Shown here piece after piece: positions 13,391-25,880 of a stretch of DNA of 64,000 nt. Source of the DNA: Vicugna vicugna (lineage: Eukaryota). The notes under the pieces were generated by a model. The model was not told the origin of the DNA, searched no databases, and saw only the letters and a list, made by a program, of their open reading frames with translations. Position 1 is the stretch's first letter; the number at the start of each line of letters is the position of its first letter. The DNA lies in the NCBI GenBank assembly GCA_013265495.1, contig MU058037.1, forward strand, positions 745,498 through 809,497, read 5' to 3'. The position numbers and the translations under genes were made by a program.

Positions 13391-14827
13391 ATAACCTGGA
13401 CTTCAGATAAGAGTAATTCCTATGTACATACATATAAGCTCAAAGAATTTTAACCCTTATCATTTCTCATCATTTCCTTCATAAAGCAGTGAGACTTATT
13501 AATTCATGATTTCACATAATTTTTGACTTCCAGGACCCTTCAGACTCTCCAGTGCCAAGATCAGAGTAAAGATTTTCTGCTTATCATTGTTGGCCCTGAT
13601 TTAATGTCTCACCTCTGCCTTTTTTCCCTCTTCTAGGTAGGACCCTCTTATATTAGTGCCACCCCTATGGACTGGTCAGTTACCTGGCTAGCTTTCTGCC
13701 CTGACATGAGATTGCTAACTGCCCTAAATCCCTTCTTGCTCCTTGTAGCTTCATATTTTTCAATATTTCCTCCTAAGGCCCCCTTGCTTTTGAACAGAGA
13801 TACCATTTACAATGTCTGTAATTTTCTTTAAAATACACCAGCAAAGGCTACATGATACAAATGTGTCAGTTTTAATCTACCCTTAGGAGCAATGATCCTA
13901 ATCAAGAATCCATATCCCAGAAATGATGAGGTAACAATAAGAAAGGTCATTCCAGGGATGGCTGCTACAAATAACCTCACTATCTTTATCTTCCATCAAC
14001 ACTAGAAGTTTTGCTAATTAGTTTAATCAATGGTAGAAATGGATTTTCATTAGTGAAATTTATAGCTTGCTAATTAGGCTAAGCAATGTTAGAAATGGGC
14101 TCTCATAGGTGCAGTTGGTGGTATTCAAGATGTATTTATTGGCTAAAATACTTTAAAGATACCATCCATCTTTGAGTAAACAAAGTATGAGAATCCAGCA
14201 AGCCCTTTATATTTATCATTAGTTTTGGCACAGAACCCAGTTGTTCTGGAATATTCCTGATCATCTTTGTATAGTCGATGGTTAGTCAGCCCCACCACTA
14301 CAGTAATTTTGTATTTCTCTCAGGTGAACCTTTTATGTATGTTACTTGTGGACTACCAGAAATGACAGAACCTAGGGTTTCTTTAGTTTGGGATTATATG
14401 GCTTTTCTTGCCTGCTTATTAATAAATGTCTGTTAATAAGCTATGAATGGGTAGCAGGATTTGGTCTTAGACTTTCTTTTATTACCAAGTTGTAGGAGAG
14501 ATGCCAGCCCTCACCTACCTCTAAGATTTGGTGATTCCTGAGTTTCCAAAATGAGCCTAAGAATTGTGATGATCAAACTGCCTGACCTTCTCACCCTAGT
14601 TCTTAATCACAGAATAGTAAAGATTTCCCATTATGCACAAGACTATCTTGTTGAATACCCTGATGCTAACCATTTTCCACAACGAGGATTGGGATTGTTT
14701 CATGCCATTGGGCCGTCCTCTTTGGTCCCAACTCTGGATTTGGGTGAGTCTTTCCTAACCTTCATCTTGTCCTAGATAATAGGTTTCAGTCCTGCTATGG
14801 CAGTTCCTTACCATTACTGGTGTCAAA

Positions 14828-15090
14828 TTCATTCACTCACTTATTCAACAATTATTCATCGAATACCTTCTGTGTACTAAATGGTGTTGTAGACCCAGAG
14901 GATATTTCAGTCAATAAAACAGATAAGATCATGTGATTAAACATTGAACAAATTGATAAATAATTTCAAATAGCAGTAAGTGCGGCACAAAAATGAAATA
15001 AGATTATGGGATGTGGCATTAGAACAGGGGGCTGGCTATTTTGGAAAAAGTGGTCAAAGAAAGCCACTTTGAGGGTTAATAAGAAGCACA
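14828..15090 (-). mobile_element. L2 3'-end fragment
   Basis: 'ttcattcactcacttattcaacaattattcatcgaatacc' is the L2 tail motif. Confidence 0.7.
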
Positions 15091-15699
15091 CTAAGCAAAG
15101 ATCTAATAATTCTTTCCATCTGAGCTATCTAGAATTATAATAGGATTAGAAATTAGTGTGATTTGCAATACAAGGTGGCCCTTAGACCTCTGAAAATTTT
15201 CATTTTTAATCTGTTAGGAATAGCCAGATCCTCACTGGTGCCTATATGTCACCTCAAGGTTTAAACAAAGTGTGAAAGAATCCCTTAAAGAACCAAGGTC
15301 CATTTAACTTTCTTTGAGACAATATAATGCACAATTAGCACTTTGACTTTTTTCATTGAATTGATCAATTACATCAGTTTGTATAAACTGATTGGTTTAG
15401 CACTTTGTAGTCCACAAATAGACAAAGAAAATCAGTGGAAACCAAGCTTAACTTAATTAATATTGATAGAGTACTGAGAATCGTAAAAATCTGAGATTTA
15501 GAGGGCCCTTCGAAATCAGTATACTCAGGAAGAAAATGAGTTCCAGAAAACTAACCCCAAAATGCTCAGCTTGTACACCAAAAGCTCTCATGTTTATATG
15601 GCTACTTACCCATAAATGCCTTTCAAAGATTCCTGGCATTTATATGTCACTTACTATAAAATAGTTTATCATGAACTGTTTCAATTTTTAATATAAAAA

Positions 15700-18600
15700 T
15701 AATATGAGAACATTTAGGTTAAAAAAAAACAGGAAGATAAACTACCCACCAATCTACTGCTATCAGTTTTATATTTATCAGTCACATTGGGTGCATTCAA
15801 ATACTTTATTTTAACCACAGAGTGCATAAAATTTAGTATCATGCTCTTAAACCTAGCATTATATTATATGCCTTTTCCATAGTGTTATATAGTGTCTGTG
15901 TTTTGTTTAATGCCTATAAAATATTCCATTGAGCAGTTATACGCTAATTTAATTAGCAAGTCTCCTCTTTTAGCTATTTGGACTGCTTTTAATTTTCATT
16001 GTTATTTGAAAAATATCTTAATGCATAAGACTGTTCCAGAATTTGGATTATTTCCTTAGGCTAAAGTCCCAGAAGGAAAATTACAATATCAAAGGATTTG
16101 AATAGTTGTATAGTTCTTAAAAACTAAAGCTGTTACATTGTATAAAACGTAGGTTAACATTCAAAGCAGCAGTAATACAGAAGGGTATCAGATTTAACAC
16201 ATATTTACCAGCATTCATTTTTAAGGCTTTACTAATTAGGTTAATAAAAAATGTTTCCTGTTTTTTATTGAGCATTTACTTGTTCCGTTTTCTCTTTTGT
16301 GAATTATCTGTTCACATCGTTTTCCTGTTTACTTGCTGATCTTAGAATTGATCCATTTGCTTGGACCCTTTATAAATTAGAAATGTTCATCTTGATCTCT
16401 CATTTTTTTGCTGCAAGTATTTTTCCCAGATGGCTTTTTATTTTCTTTTGTCAAGAATATACAGAACTATTTGTCCACCTTTTTCTTTGTGACTATTTCT
16501 ATCTTTCCTATACTTAGAAAGTCAGCATCCTCTGCAAAGTTTTCAATAAATAATCAATACAATTCAATTTCTTTCCATTTTATGTTTTTTAGATTTTGTT
16601 CCTTTATTTACAAGTTTATTTATACATAACTTTTCATTCGTATTTAGCATGATGTACATTCATTTTATCATTGTCCATTTGCTAATGAGTATCCCAATTT
16701 TATATGTTGTCTATCATTGTCCTTTTCCTATCTTAAGATACAAAATGACTTTATTTATATATAAATGTATATGCAATATGTTCTATATATTTTAGTAGCT
16801 TTACTGAAATATACTTGACACACAATACATGTCACATACTTGAAGTATTCCACCACCATAATCAAAATAATGAATATATCCATCACCCCCCAAAAGTTTT
16901 CTCGTGCCCTTTTGTATTCCCTCCCTCTTGTCCTTCCTGCCCTTTACAACCCCTTCCTCCCAACTCCAGGCAATCACTAGCCACTGTAGATTAGATCTCA
17001 CTTTTTAGAATTCTGTATAAATGGCATCATAAAGAAGGTACCCTTTTGGTCTGGCTTATTTCACTTAGCATAAGTATTTTGAGATTCATCCATGTTGCAG
17101 TGTGTATCAATGGTTCATTCATTTTATTGCTGACTAGCATTCTCTTAGAGGGATATACCCTAGATTGTTTATCCATTCTTCTGTTGATAGTTCATTTCAT
17201 GTTTTTGGCTATTACATTTGTGTACAAGTCTTTGTGTGGCCATATGCTTTCATTTCTCTCAGGTAAATATCTAAGAGTGGGATGGCTGAATCATATCATC
17301 AGTGTTTTAAATTTTTAAAAAGCTGTCAAACTGTTTTCCAAATCAGTTGTCTCATATTATATTCCCACTAGCACTGTCTGAGAGTTCTAGTTCTTCTACA
17401 CTCTCACTAACATGTGGTGTGATCAGTCTTTTTAATTTTAGCCATTCTTAGTGGATGTGGAATGGTATCTCATTGTGGCCAATAATTAATGACATTGCAC
17501 ATCCTTTCATGTGCTAATTTGCCATCTTTGTATCAAAGTTTAGAATAATAATGCTCTCTGGATGAATTTATACTGTTATGATTATGAAATAACCATCTTT
17601 TTCCTTGATAGTATTCTTTCTTCTGAAATCTTTGATATGAATATAGTCACTCAGGTTTTATTTGAGTAGTGTTAGCATGGTGTATTTTTCCATTCTTTTA
17701 CTTGTTAACCTACTTGTGTCTTTATATTTACAGTGTGTTTCTTGTAGACTTTTGAATCTTTATCTGCTCTAACAATCTCTAACTTCTAATTGGGACAATT
17801 AGAGCTTTTATATTTAATATAATTATTGGTGTAGTTATGTTGAAGCCTATTATCTTGCTGTGTGTTTTGTTTGTCCAAACTATTCTTTGTTCTCTTTTTC
17901 TGCTTTCTTTTGGATTAATCAAATATTTTTATTCTAGTTTCTCTTCTTTCTTAGATTATTTGCTTATCACTCTTTACTTATTTTAGTGATTATGTTCGTA
18001 GTATAGATCTTTCACTTATCTCTGTTTACTTTCAACTGTATACCACTCACACATAACTGTGCAGAGCCTCACACACAGAATAAAACCTTTACCACAGTTT
18101 ACTTCCATTTCTCCCCTTCAGGTCTGTATGTGTGTGTGTGTTTCCATACTACATTGTCATTATTTTTAAAACAGTACTCTTTTTTATTGTGGAAAATACA
18201 TATAGTATCAAATTTACTGTCTTAACCATTTTACATATACAATTCAGTGGCATTAAGTACATTCACACTGTTGGGCAGTAATCACCACCATCCATGTCCA
18301 GAACTTTTTTCTAATCATCCCAAACTGAAACTCAGTACCTATTAAAAGATAACTACCCATTACCCCACTCCTCAGTGCCTGGTAATGACTATTCTTTTTT
18401 CTGTCTCTATAGATTTGACTACCCTAGATTCCTCATATAAGTGGAATCATACAGTATTGGTCCTTTTTGTGTGTCCTATTTCACTTACCTTCCCATACTG
18501 TTTTCAGGGTTCGTCCATGTTGTAGCATGTATCAAAACTTCCTTCTTTTTAAGGCTTAATAATATTCCATTATATGTGTATACCCTGTGTTGTTTACTCA

Positions 18601-19800
18601 TTCATGTAACAATGGGCATTTTAGTTGTTTCTACCTTTTAGCTCTTGTGAATAATGCTGCTGTGAGCATTGGTGTATAAATATCTGTTTGAGTTCTTGTT
18701 TTCAATAACTTTGGGGATATATCTAGAAATAGAGTTGCTGGATTATATGGTAATCCTATGAAAAATAGCTAATTTTCTTTTTTAAAGATTTAAGTAAAAA
18801 TTAAAATTATGATTTAAATTTTAAATTTTTGTATATTTCCCATGAAGTTAACATCTCTGGAGTTCTTCATCCCTTTGTGAAGGTCCCTATTTCCAAATGT
18901 ATATTTACAAATGTTAGCTATTTGTTCTCACAGTTGAACTATAGGATAAAATTGTCAACTTCAGAAAAAATCATTTAAGATTAAAATTGGAGTTCCAGGT
19001 CACCTAAAACATAACTTGGAGAGAACAATGAGAAAATATTCAGTCTTTCCATCTAGTAATATGTCACAATTTGCCATTTATTCAGGTCCTCTTTTCAATA
19101 CACAAATAAAATTTTGCAGGTTTTTATTTATTCAACTTCTATACATCTTTTCTTATGTTTATTTCTTCTGCTTTTAAGAGCATTATATTTCTATTAAATG
19201 GAAATATCTTAAAATTATCTTAAATCTTAAAATGATGTTTTATTTCTCTTTTTCATGAAGGTACAGAGTACTAGTTACTTAGGAATACTTATACACTATT
19301 ACCTTGATTAGCTTCCATTAATGCTAGAGATTGTTCTTCTTAACTGAATGCCTTGGATTTCTAGGAATATAATCAAGTCATCTCAAAATAATAATTTTAG
19401 GTATTATTTTCTTTTACTCCTATTTCTTTGACGTGACTTACTACATTAATTAAAATTTCCAAAATGCCACTATATAAAACCAGCGAACATAGATATTTGT
19501 TATTGTTGTTCCTGAGTTTACAGGGACTTTCCCTAAGAGATCTGCTATTGACTATAATGATGACAGATTTATGATAAGGACTATCAATTATATACATTAA
19601 CGGAAAAACCTTCCATTCCTTTTTTAAAAATACCTTTAAATGTTTAATTTTAGCAAATGTCTTCCTGCAGCTATTGTGTTATCGACATAATTATAGTAAT
19701 GCATGTCCTTTATCAGTCCTGCATTCCTGAGATAAGCCCTACTTTACTGTGGTGGGTTATTCTTCTATTATATTGTTACATGCTCTGTGTTAGTATCTTC
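15700..19800 (-). mobile_element. Cluster of old, partly nested L1 fragments: L1ME-like background with L1MB/MC-like 3' ends at ~16790-17530 and ~18180-18760
   Basis: Repeated minus-strand L1 3' UTR/ORF2 motifs ('atttcacttagcataagtattttgagattcatccatgttgc'; 'gctggattatatggtaatcctatg'). Confidence 0.75.
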
Positions 19801-20129
19801 TTTCAGGAGTTAGTTAACGTGCATTATTGGTTTTAGGTATTCTAAGATGCAAAGAAGCAGAGAACCTCCTGCTACTCCACAGCTAGTCTTGATGGGGGAA
19901 AATCCATAAGAAAAAAAAAATGTGTGGTGGCCTTATTAAATCGCAAAAGACAAGGGGTTTTTGGCAGGATTTTTTTTACCGTAGGCCTAAGAGGTTGGAT
20001 TCCTTAAAAGGTTGGTGATTAACATTACTACAGCTGGAAAATAAAAGTTCTCGCTGAAAAATAGGAAACAGGTTAAATAACTGAAAACAGGTTCTTCTAC
20101 CCAGACATCTTCTTGCTGTTCCTACAGCC

Positions 20130-20163
<34 letters not shown>

Positions 20164-20192
20164 AAAAATAAAAAAAAATCTAAAAAAAAAAA

Positions 20193-20308
20193 GGTAACCT
20201 ATAATGGAAAAGAATCTGAAAAAGGATATGTTTGTATAACTGAATCACTTTGCTGTACACCTGAAACTAACACAACATTGTAAATCAACTATACTTCAAT
20301 TAAAAAAA
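20193..20308 (+). mobile_element. Very short L1 3'-end insertion, preceded by a ~60 bp A-rich tract (20133-20192)
   Basis: 'taacctataatggaaaagaatctgaaaaag...actttgctgtacacctgaaactaacacaacattgtaaatcaactatacttcaatt(a)n'. Confidence 0.85.
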
Positions 20309-21621
20309 GCATTAAATCCATTTTTAGGACAGTAACAGACTCCCCTCTGTAATCCCAACATCGACCTGTCCATATAGTCTCGGTGGAGGGGGAAGCAATG
20401 GTAAGAAATTGTTTTAAACCTTAGAATACCCATTTTAAAACTACTATCTCAAAATTAAGGTTCATAAAAACAACATAAGGTTATAGAAAAGTTTCCCTGA
20501 AAGTGAAAAACTAAACAATCCTATCTCTTCATTCACTACCTACCACCTTCCACGCTTTCCTATTATTCTGTATCACTTTATTGGAAATAGGAATTGTATT
20601 TTTTTGGTTGTTTTGTTTTTGTCTTCATATTCCCAGAGCCAAGGACACTTTAAGCAATTTTATAACTACCTGAATAAATTAAGAGAAAAATGGGGCCATA
20701 AAAGGCGGCTAAGGAGCAACAAAATGGGACTTGAAACACAATATGACAGCAAGTGAAGCAATTGGAGAACATTTTTTTCATCCTGTAAAATGAAATAAAA
20801 TGGGGGAAATATGATTTTTGTGCTGTAATGTTACTTTATTAGATTTAGCCAGTGTTTGTGTCCATTTTCTTATACTGATAATAATTCAGAAATGTTTTTT
20901 GTTTTAAGAATTCAAATGCAGTCCTTTTGGCAATTGAAGTTGCAGGGATAACATCTCTTTTGCTGATATAAACCATGGGGACTTCAGTTGCATGATCTCA
21001 TTATCTGATTACAGCTGTGACTTTGAAGTAATATTTCAGAATGAGCACTGTTGGAAGAGCTGTTGCTCACAGGCCAAGCCCAAGGTTGTGGAAGAGGATT
21101 TGCAAAGGTGTTCCTTAACCCTGCTCTTTTTCTTTTGGCTTTCTCCTGCTCTAGTCCACTAGTGTTTCATTTAGTTTCTCATCAGGCAAGAAACTACAGT
21201 GGGATTGATTTTAGTTCTATACACAAAGATCACTCCACTAGTATCACTTTACCAAGTGGTCAGTAGGAGAGCTCCAGTAGACTGTACTGCACATTGTTCC
21301 AAGGGACTCCCTGACACTGTGCAGAGTTCAATCCTATAAAATCCTTTTAAAAAGAAATTCCAAAATGATCTTGTGAAAATCATTATGTTTCACCCACATC
21401 TTTGAAAAACTGATTTGTTTCCTTGGTAAATAGCAAGTTTTATGTTTAGAAAATAAGTTTAAAGCAATTATCCCTAGGACCCATGGTTTTTCACTCTGAT
21501 TCTCAGACACTAGCCCATGGAACATCTCTATCTAAATCACATAGAAAGCTATTGAAAACAATGGATTTCTGAGCTGGGATCCTGGAATGAATATACATAC
21601 ATAGACATACACACACACACT

Positions 21622-22200
21622 CTTAAAATTCACCATTTTAAACTATCCAACTGAGTACAGGTTTTTGCTGTTTACAATGTTGGCAACCATTACCACTATC
21701 TAATTCTGGAATATTTTCATCCGCTCTAAAAGATACTATATACTTCCAAATGTCCCCTTCCCCAGATTCCCTAGTAATCACTATTTCACTTCTGCCTGTA
21801 CTGTATAGATTTGCCTATTCTTGAGTTTACCATAAATGGAATCATAATATGTGATCTTTTGTGCCTGGCTTCTTTCACTTAGTGTAAAGTTTTCAAGGTT
21901 TATCCATGCTCTAGCATGTATCAGTATTTCACTCCTTTTGATGGCTGAATAATATTCATTGTATCAATCTACTGTATTTTGTTTATGCATTCATTAGTTT
22001 TCCTTTGGGTTGTTTCCATTTTTTTGCCTATCGTGAGTAATGTTGCTATGACTGTGTACAAGTTTTTGCGTGGACATGTTTTCAATTCTCTTGGGTATAT
22101 ACCTAGGAGTAGAATTATTAAGTCATATGGTAACTCTATGCTTAACTTTTTGAGGAACTGCCAAACTGTTTTCGACTCTTGCTGCACCATTTTACATTCC
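21622..22200 (-). mobile_element. L1 3'-end fragment (L1MB-like) abutting the tandem array
   Basis: ORF 21969..22292(-) contains 'TVWQFLKKLSIELPYDLIILLLGIYPRELK' (ORF2 C-terminus). Confidence 0.9.
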
Positions 22201-25075
22201 CCCAGGGCATCAGGAAAGATGGCTGAAAGTGTTCTCCATTCCCCAGCAAGAGGGAATCCTGATGGCCAGAAGGAACACTGGAACTGCAGCACATGGCACA
22301 GAACAGGTAAGAAAACCGAAGGGTCACCAAGGCACCACTGTATCTAAAGGAAAGTAGCCCACAGTACCTTTGGTTCTCCAGTAAGCAGGAAGACAGGTGG
22401 CCCAAGGACCACCAGAACCATAGCACTGGGCAGGTAGGTGTTCAGAGGGTCCCTCCAGGACACCATTAGGAGGAAGTGATGTAGACAAAAGGAGCCACAG
22501 TTTCGCAGCATGTAAGGAGCCTTGTGTCCCTAAGGATCCCAGGAATCTCAGGGGGCAAGTAGGCTAGTGACCAGATGGGCCCCAGGGCATCAGTGCTATG
22601 CAGGGAAGGTGACCTAAAGTGATCTGTGTTCCGCAGCAAAGGGGAAGGCCCACCCACAGACTGACACAGGGAAATTTCCCCAAAGGCACCAGCATAAGGA
22701 CACGATTATAGGCAGGCCTGTGACCTAAAGTATCCCAGAAAATCTAGAGGGCAGGCAAGTTAGTGACCAGATGGGCACTCAGGACAGCTGTGCGCTGCAA
22801 GTAAGGCAGCTGAAGGTGATCTCAGTTCACCAGTGACGGGCTGATAGCTGAAAGGACAACTAGAAACATAGCACAGGGGCAGGCTGGCAGCTGGAAGGTT
22901 TGCCAGGGAGACTAGGGCAAGCATAAGATTCTGGACGAGAGGAACCACAGTTCCCCAGCACGTAGGCAGGCCTGCGGCCCAAGGAATCTCGGGAGGAGGG
23001 AAGGCTAGTAACTGAATTCCCTTCCCGCCCCTCCCCAAGCATCAGCACACGCAGGGCAGGTGGCCAAATAGTTCACCCATTTCTCCAGCAAGGGAGAAGC
23101 CTGGTAAGCCTAAGAACTAGAGGTTCCCTAGCACACTGGCAAGCATTAATTCTCCGGAGGCACCAGTATGAGGGCAGGGCAGTGGCTAATAGGAATCAGG
23201 TTTTCCCAACATGTGGGGAAACTTAAGCGCATAGAAATCTCCGAGACCCCAGGTGGCAGGTAGGGAGATGACCAGGTGTCCCTCTCTCCTTTCACCCCCA
23301 CGGGGAATCAGCACACTACAGGGAAGGTAGTCCAAAGTGACCTCGGTTCCTCAGCAATGGGTATAACTGAGGGCCCGAAGGACATGAGAAACCATAGTAC
23401 GTAGGTAGGCTGATGCCCGGACGGTTGCCCTACGGCACCATCGCAAGTAATGGGTGTAACCTTAAGGAGCCACGGTTCCTCAGGCAGGCTTGTAGTCCAA
23501 AAGATCTCAGAAATCCCAGGGTATGGGCAGACTAGTGACCAGATGGGCCCTTGGAGAATCAGCATGGTGTAGGGTAGAGGGCTGAAAGTCCACCCCTTTC
23601 CCCAGCGGAGGGAAGGAAGGTGAGCCTAAGAGCTACCGGAACGCTATCACGAGGACAGGATGGTACCCGGATAGTTCTTCAGAAGCACCAGTGAGAGGAT
23701 TCTACGGTAGCCTACAGCAGCCAAACTTCCGCAGCTCGCAGGCAAAATTGTGTTCGAAAAGATCGCTGAAACCTCCGCGGCAGAGTAGGCTACTGAGAAC
23801 ATAGGCCTTCTTGAGACTCTCCGCACTGCAGGGAAGGTGACTGAAAGTGCTTAAGTTCCCCAGGAAAATGGGAGGCTGACGGCATGAAGCATACCGGCAC
23901 CCCAGCACTAGGGCTAACTGACGCCGGGAAAGTCACAGAAGGCCCCACCATCAAGGTATTAGGGTGGACGAAAGGAGCCACGTTTCTCCCAGAACGCCAG
24001 TAGGCTTATGGCCTAAAGTATCCCCAGAACCCTACCGTGTGGTTAAGCACTGTGGGGAAAGTGGATGAAGTTTTCCATTTCCCCAGCAAAAGGGGAGCTG
24101 AAAGCCTGAAGGACCACCGGAACTTTAGCCCAGGTGCCCGGAAGGTACCGTGCGGCAACACCTTTAGAAAACTGCAGTGAGCGACAGGAGTGATAGTTTC
24201 CCAGCATGAAGGCAAGCGTGGGGACTGAAGAATCCCAGAAAGGCGGACAGGGTAGTGACCAAATAGGCCCCTGGTGCGACAGTGCTCATGGGAAATGACC
24301 TAAAGTGCTCTCCATTCCACAGCAGAGGGAAAGCCCGTGACGGCCAGAAGAGAACCGTACCGCGCGTGCTCAGGCTCGTGTCCAGCCGGCTTCTCCTGGA
24401 GGACCAGGGCGGTAACACGGTAAGCAAAAGGAACCATACCTTCCAAGTACGCTAGCAGGCTTGTGGCTCACAGCGTCCCAGGGGAGGGCAAGCTAATGAC
24501 TGACAGGTTCCTGAGGCACCAGTGCCATTGAGTAAAGGTGGCCAAAACCTCGCTCACTTGTTTTGCAAGCCAGAAAGCTAGCCGCCCAAAGGAGTCTAGA
24601 ACCCAGGTGCTACAGTTGGCTAGTCCCTGGAAGGCACCCAGAAGGACCCCCAGGGCACCAGTGCAAGGCATCGCCGGTGGCCAGAGAGAACCAATATTTC
24701 CCAGGCTCTCAGGCCGATGCATACAAAAAGCCCCAAGTTTCCTTCGTGAGCATACAGGTAGAGTCCCACATGAGACCCTATAGCCGGAGCTGAGGCAGAG
24801 TGATGGCCAGAAGACATCCAGAACCTTGAAAGGTCAGGTGGCATGTGGGCAAAAGATTCCATCAGTCCACACTGCAAGGGTGGCCAAAAGGACTCTGGTG
24901 TCCCTAGCGCGGAAGCTATCTGGTGGTCTGCTGCAGCGGATAACCAAACAACCAGACAGGCAAGTAACCCGAAGGGCTCCCGGGGCTCCGCCACACTGGA
25001 GGGAGCGTGACCAAAAGTGCTGTCCGTTCCCCAGCAAGCAGGAAGGCTTGTGGCCAGAAGGAATACCAAATAGCG
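22201..25075. repeat. Degenerate GC-rich tandem array: ~24 monomers of ~120-135 bp arranged as ~250 bp A/B dimers
   Basis: A 'ttccccagca'-like anchor recurs every ~125 bp. 'tagtgaccagatgggc' is exact at ~22565, 22761 and 23533, with variants at ~23005, 23265, 24253 and 24494. Confidence 0.85.
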
Positions 25076-25221
25076 TCTTTAAGGACTTGTGCTACCTTCC
25101 ACTGAACAAATAGTTGCTTAGCTATGTGAATAGGATGTTTCTTTCCCTCCAGGAGCCTGTGTGATGAAACGATACAAAGTGTGATTTTTTTTTAAGCCAT
25201 GTGATTGCTAACAAATGCTCT

Positions 25222-25385
25222 AGGGCAGTGTTTATCTTACTTTAAAGTGCAGATGAATCAACTGGAGAGATGGTTTGAAATTCTGATTTAGCAGTCCTGA
25301 GGTGGGGCTTGAGATTCAACATGTGGAACGATACGGTAATCAGGTGTTGCCAATGCTGACTGACCACTTTCGAAGAGCAGATACC
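25222..25385. mobile_element. MER5A-like MITE
   Basis: 'attctgatttagcagtcctgaggtggggcttgagattc'. Confidence 0.65.
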
Positions 25386-25397
25386 TAGAGCCACACA

Positions 25398-25563
25398 CGC
25401 ACTAGTCACCTGTGGCTAGTTAATGTAATTACATTTAAATGTAAACTTTAGCTCCTCTGTCTCACTGGCTACATTTCAAGTTCTTAATAGCCACATGTGG
25501 CTAGTGGCTACCATACTGGACAACAAAGATAGAGGATATTTCTATCATATGCAGATAGTTCTC
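25398..25563. mobile_element. MER3/MER33-like MITE
   Basis: 'catttcaagttcttaatagccacatgtggctagtggctaccatactggaca'. Confidence 0.8.
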
Positions 25564-25719
25564 CAAGAAATAAATGACAGTATATTGTTGGGCAGTTCAA
25601 GGAAGTCTTTGTGAATTTTGTGTGGACCTGGAAATAAAAGTAGGATTGTGATGAAAGAAACAATCAATGTGGAAATAAATACTAGAACCCGACTTTGTGC
25701 TTCAGAAATAGAGGGGGCT

Positions 25720-25880
25720 CTGGACTAAAGATGCCTGGCATTGAAACCTGCCTCTGACATTTACAAGCTTTGTAATTCTGGAGGAGTTACTTTAACTTTC
25801 TCGTTCTTGGTTTGCTCAGTGTAAAAATGTCTGTGTGACAAAGTATGCATGAGATATATATGTGAAAACATTTTCAGCGT
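25720..25880 (+). mobile_element. MIR SINE (degraded)
   Basis: Core-like 'cctgcctctgacatttacaagctttgtaattctggaggagttactttaacttt'. Confidence 0.55.

Noticed and set aside
22201..25075. Array as a CRISPR-like locus, a CTCF-site array, or a snoRNA/miRNA cluster
   Set aside because: There is no invariant repeat with unique spacers. 'gaccagatgggc' and 'ccagcagaggg' only partly resemble the CTCF consensus. I saw no recurrent C/D boxes or hairpins by eye; a PWM scan and Infernal search would settle this.
22201..25113. ORFs over the GC-rich array (up to 149 aa) as a repetitive protein-coding exon
   Set aside because: ORFs are short, on both strands and in inconsistent frames. Unit lengths vary and stops are frequent.
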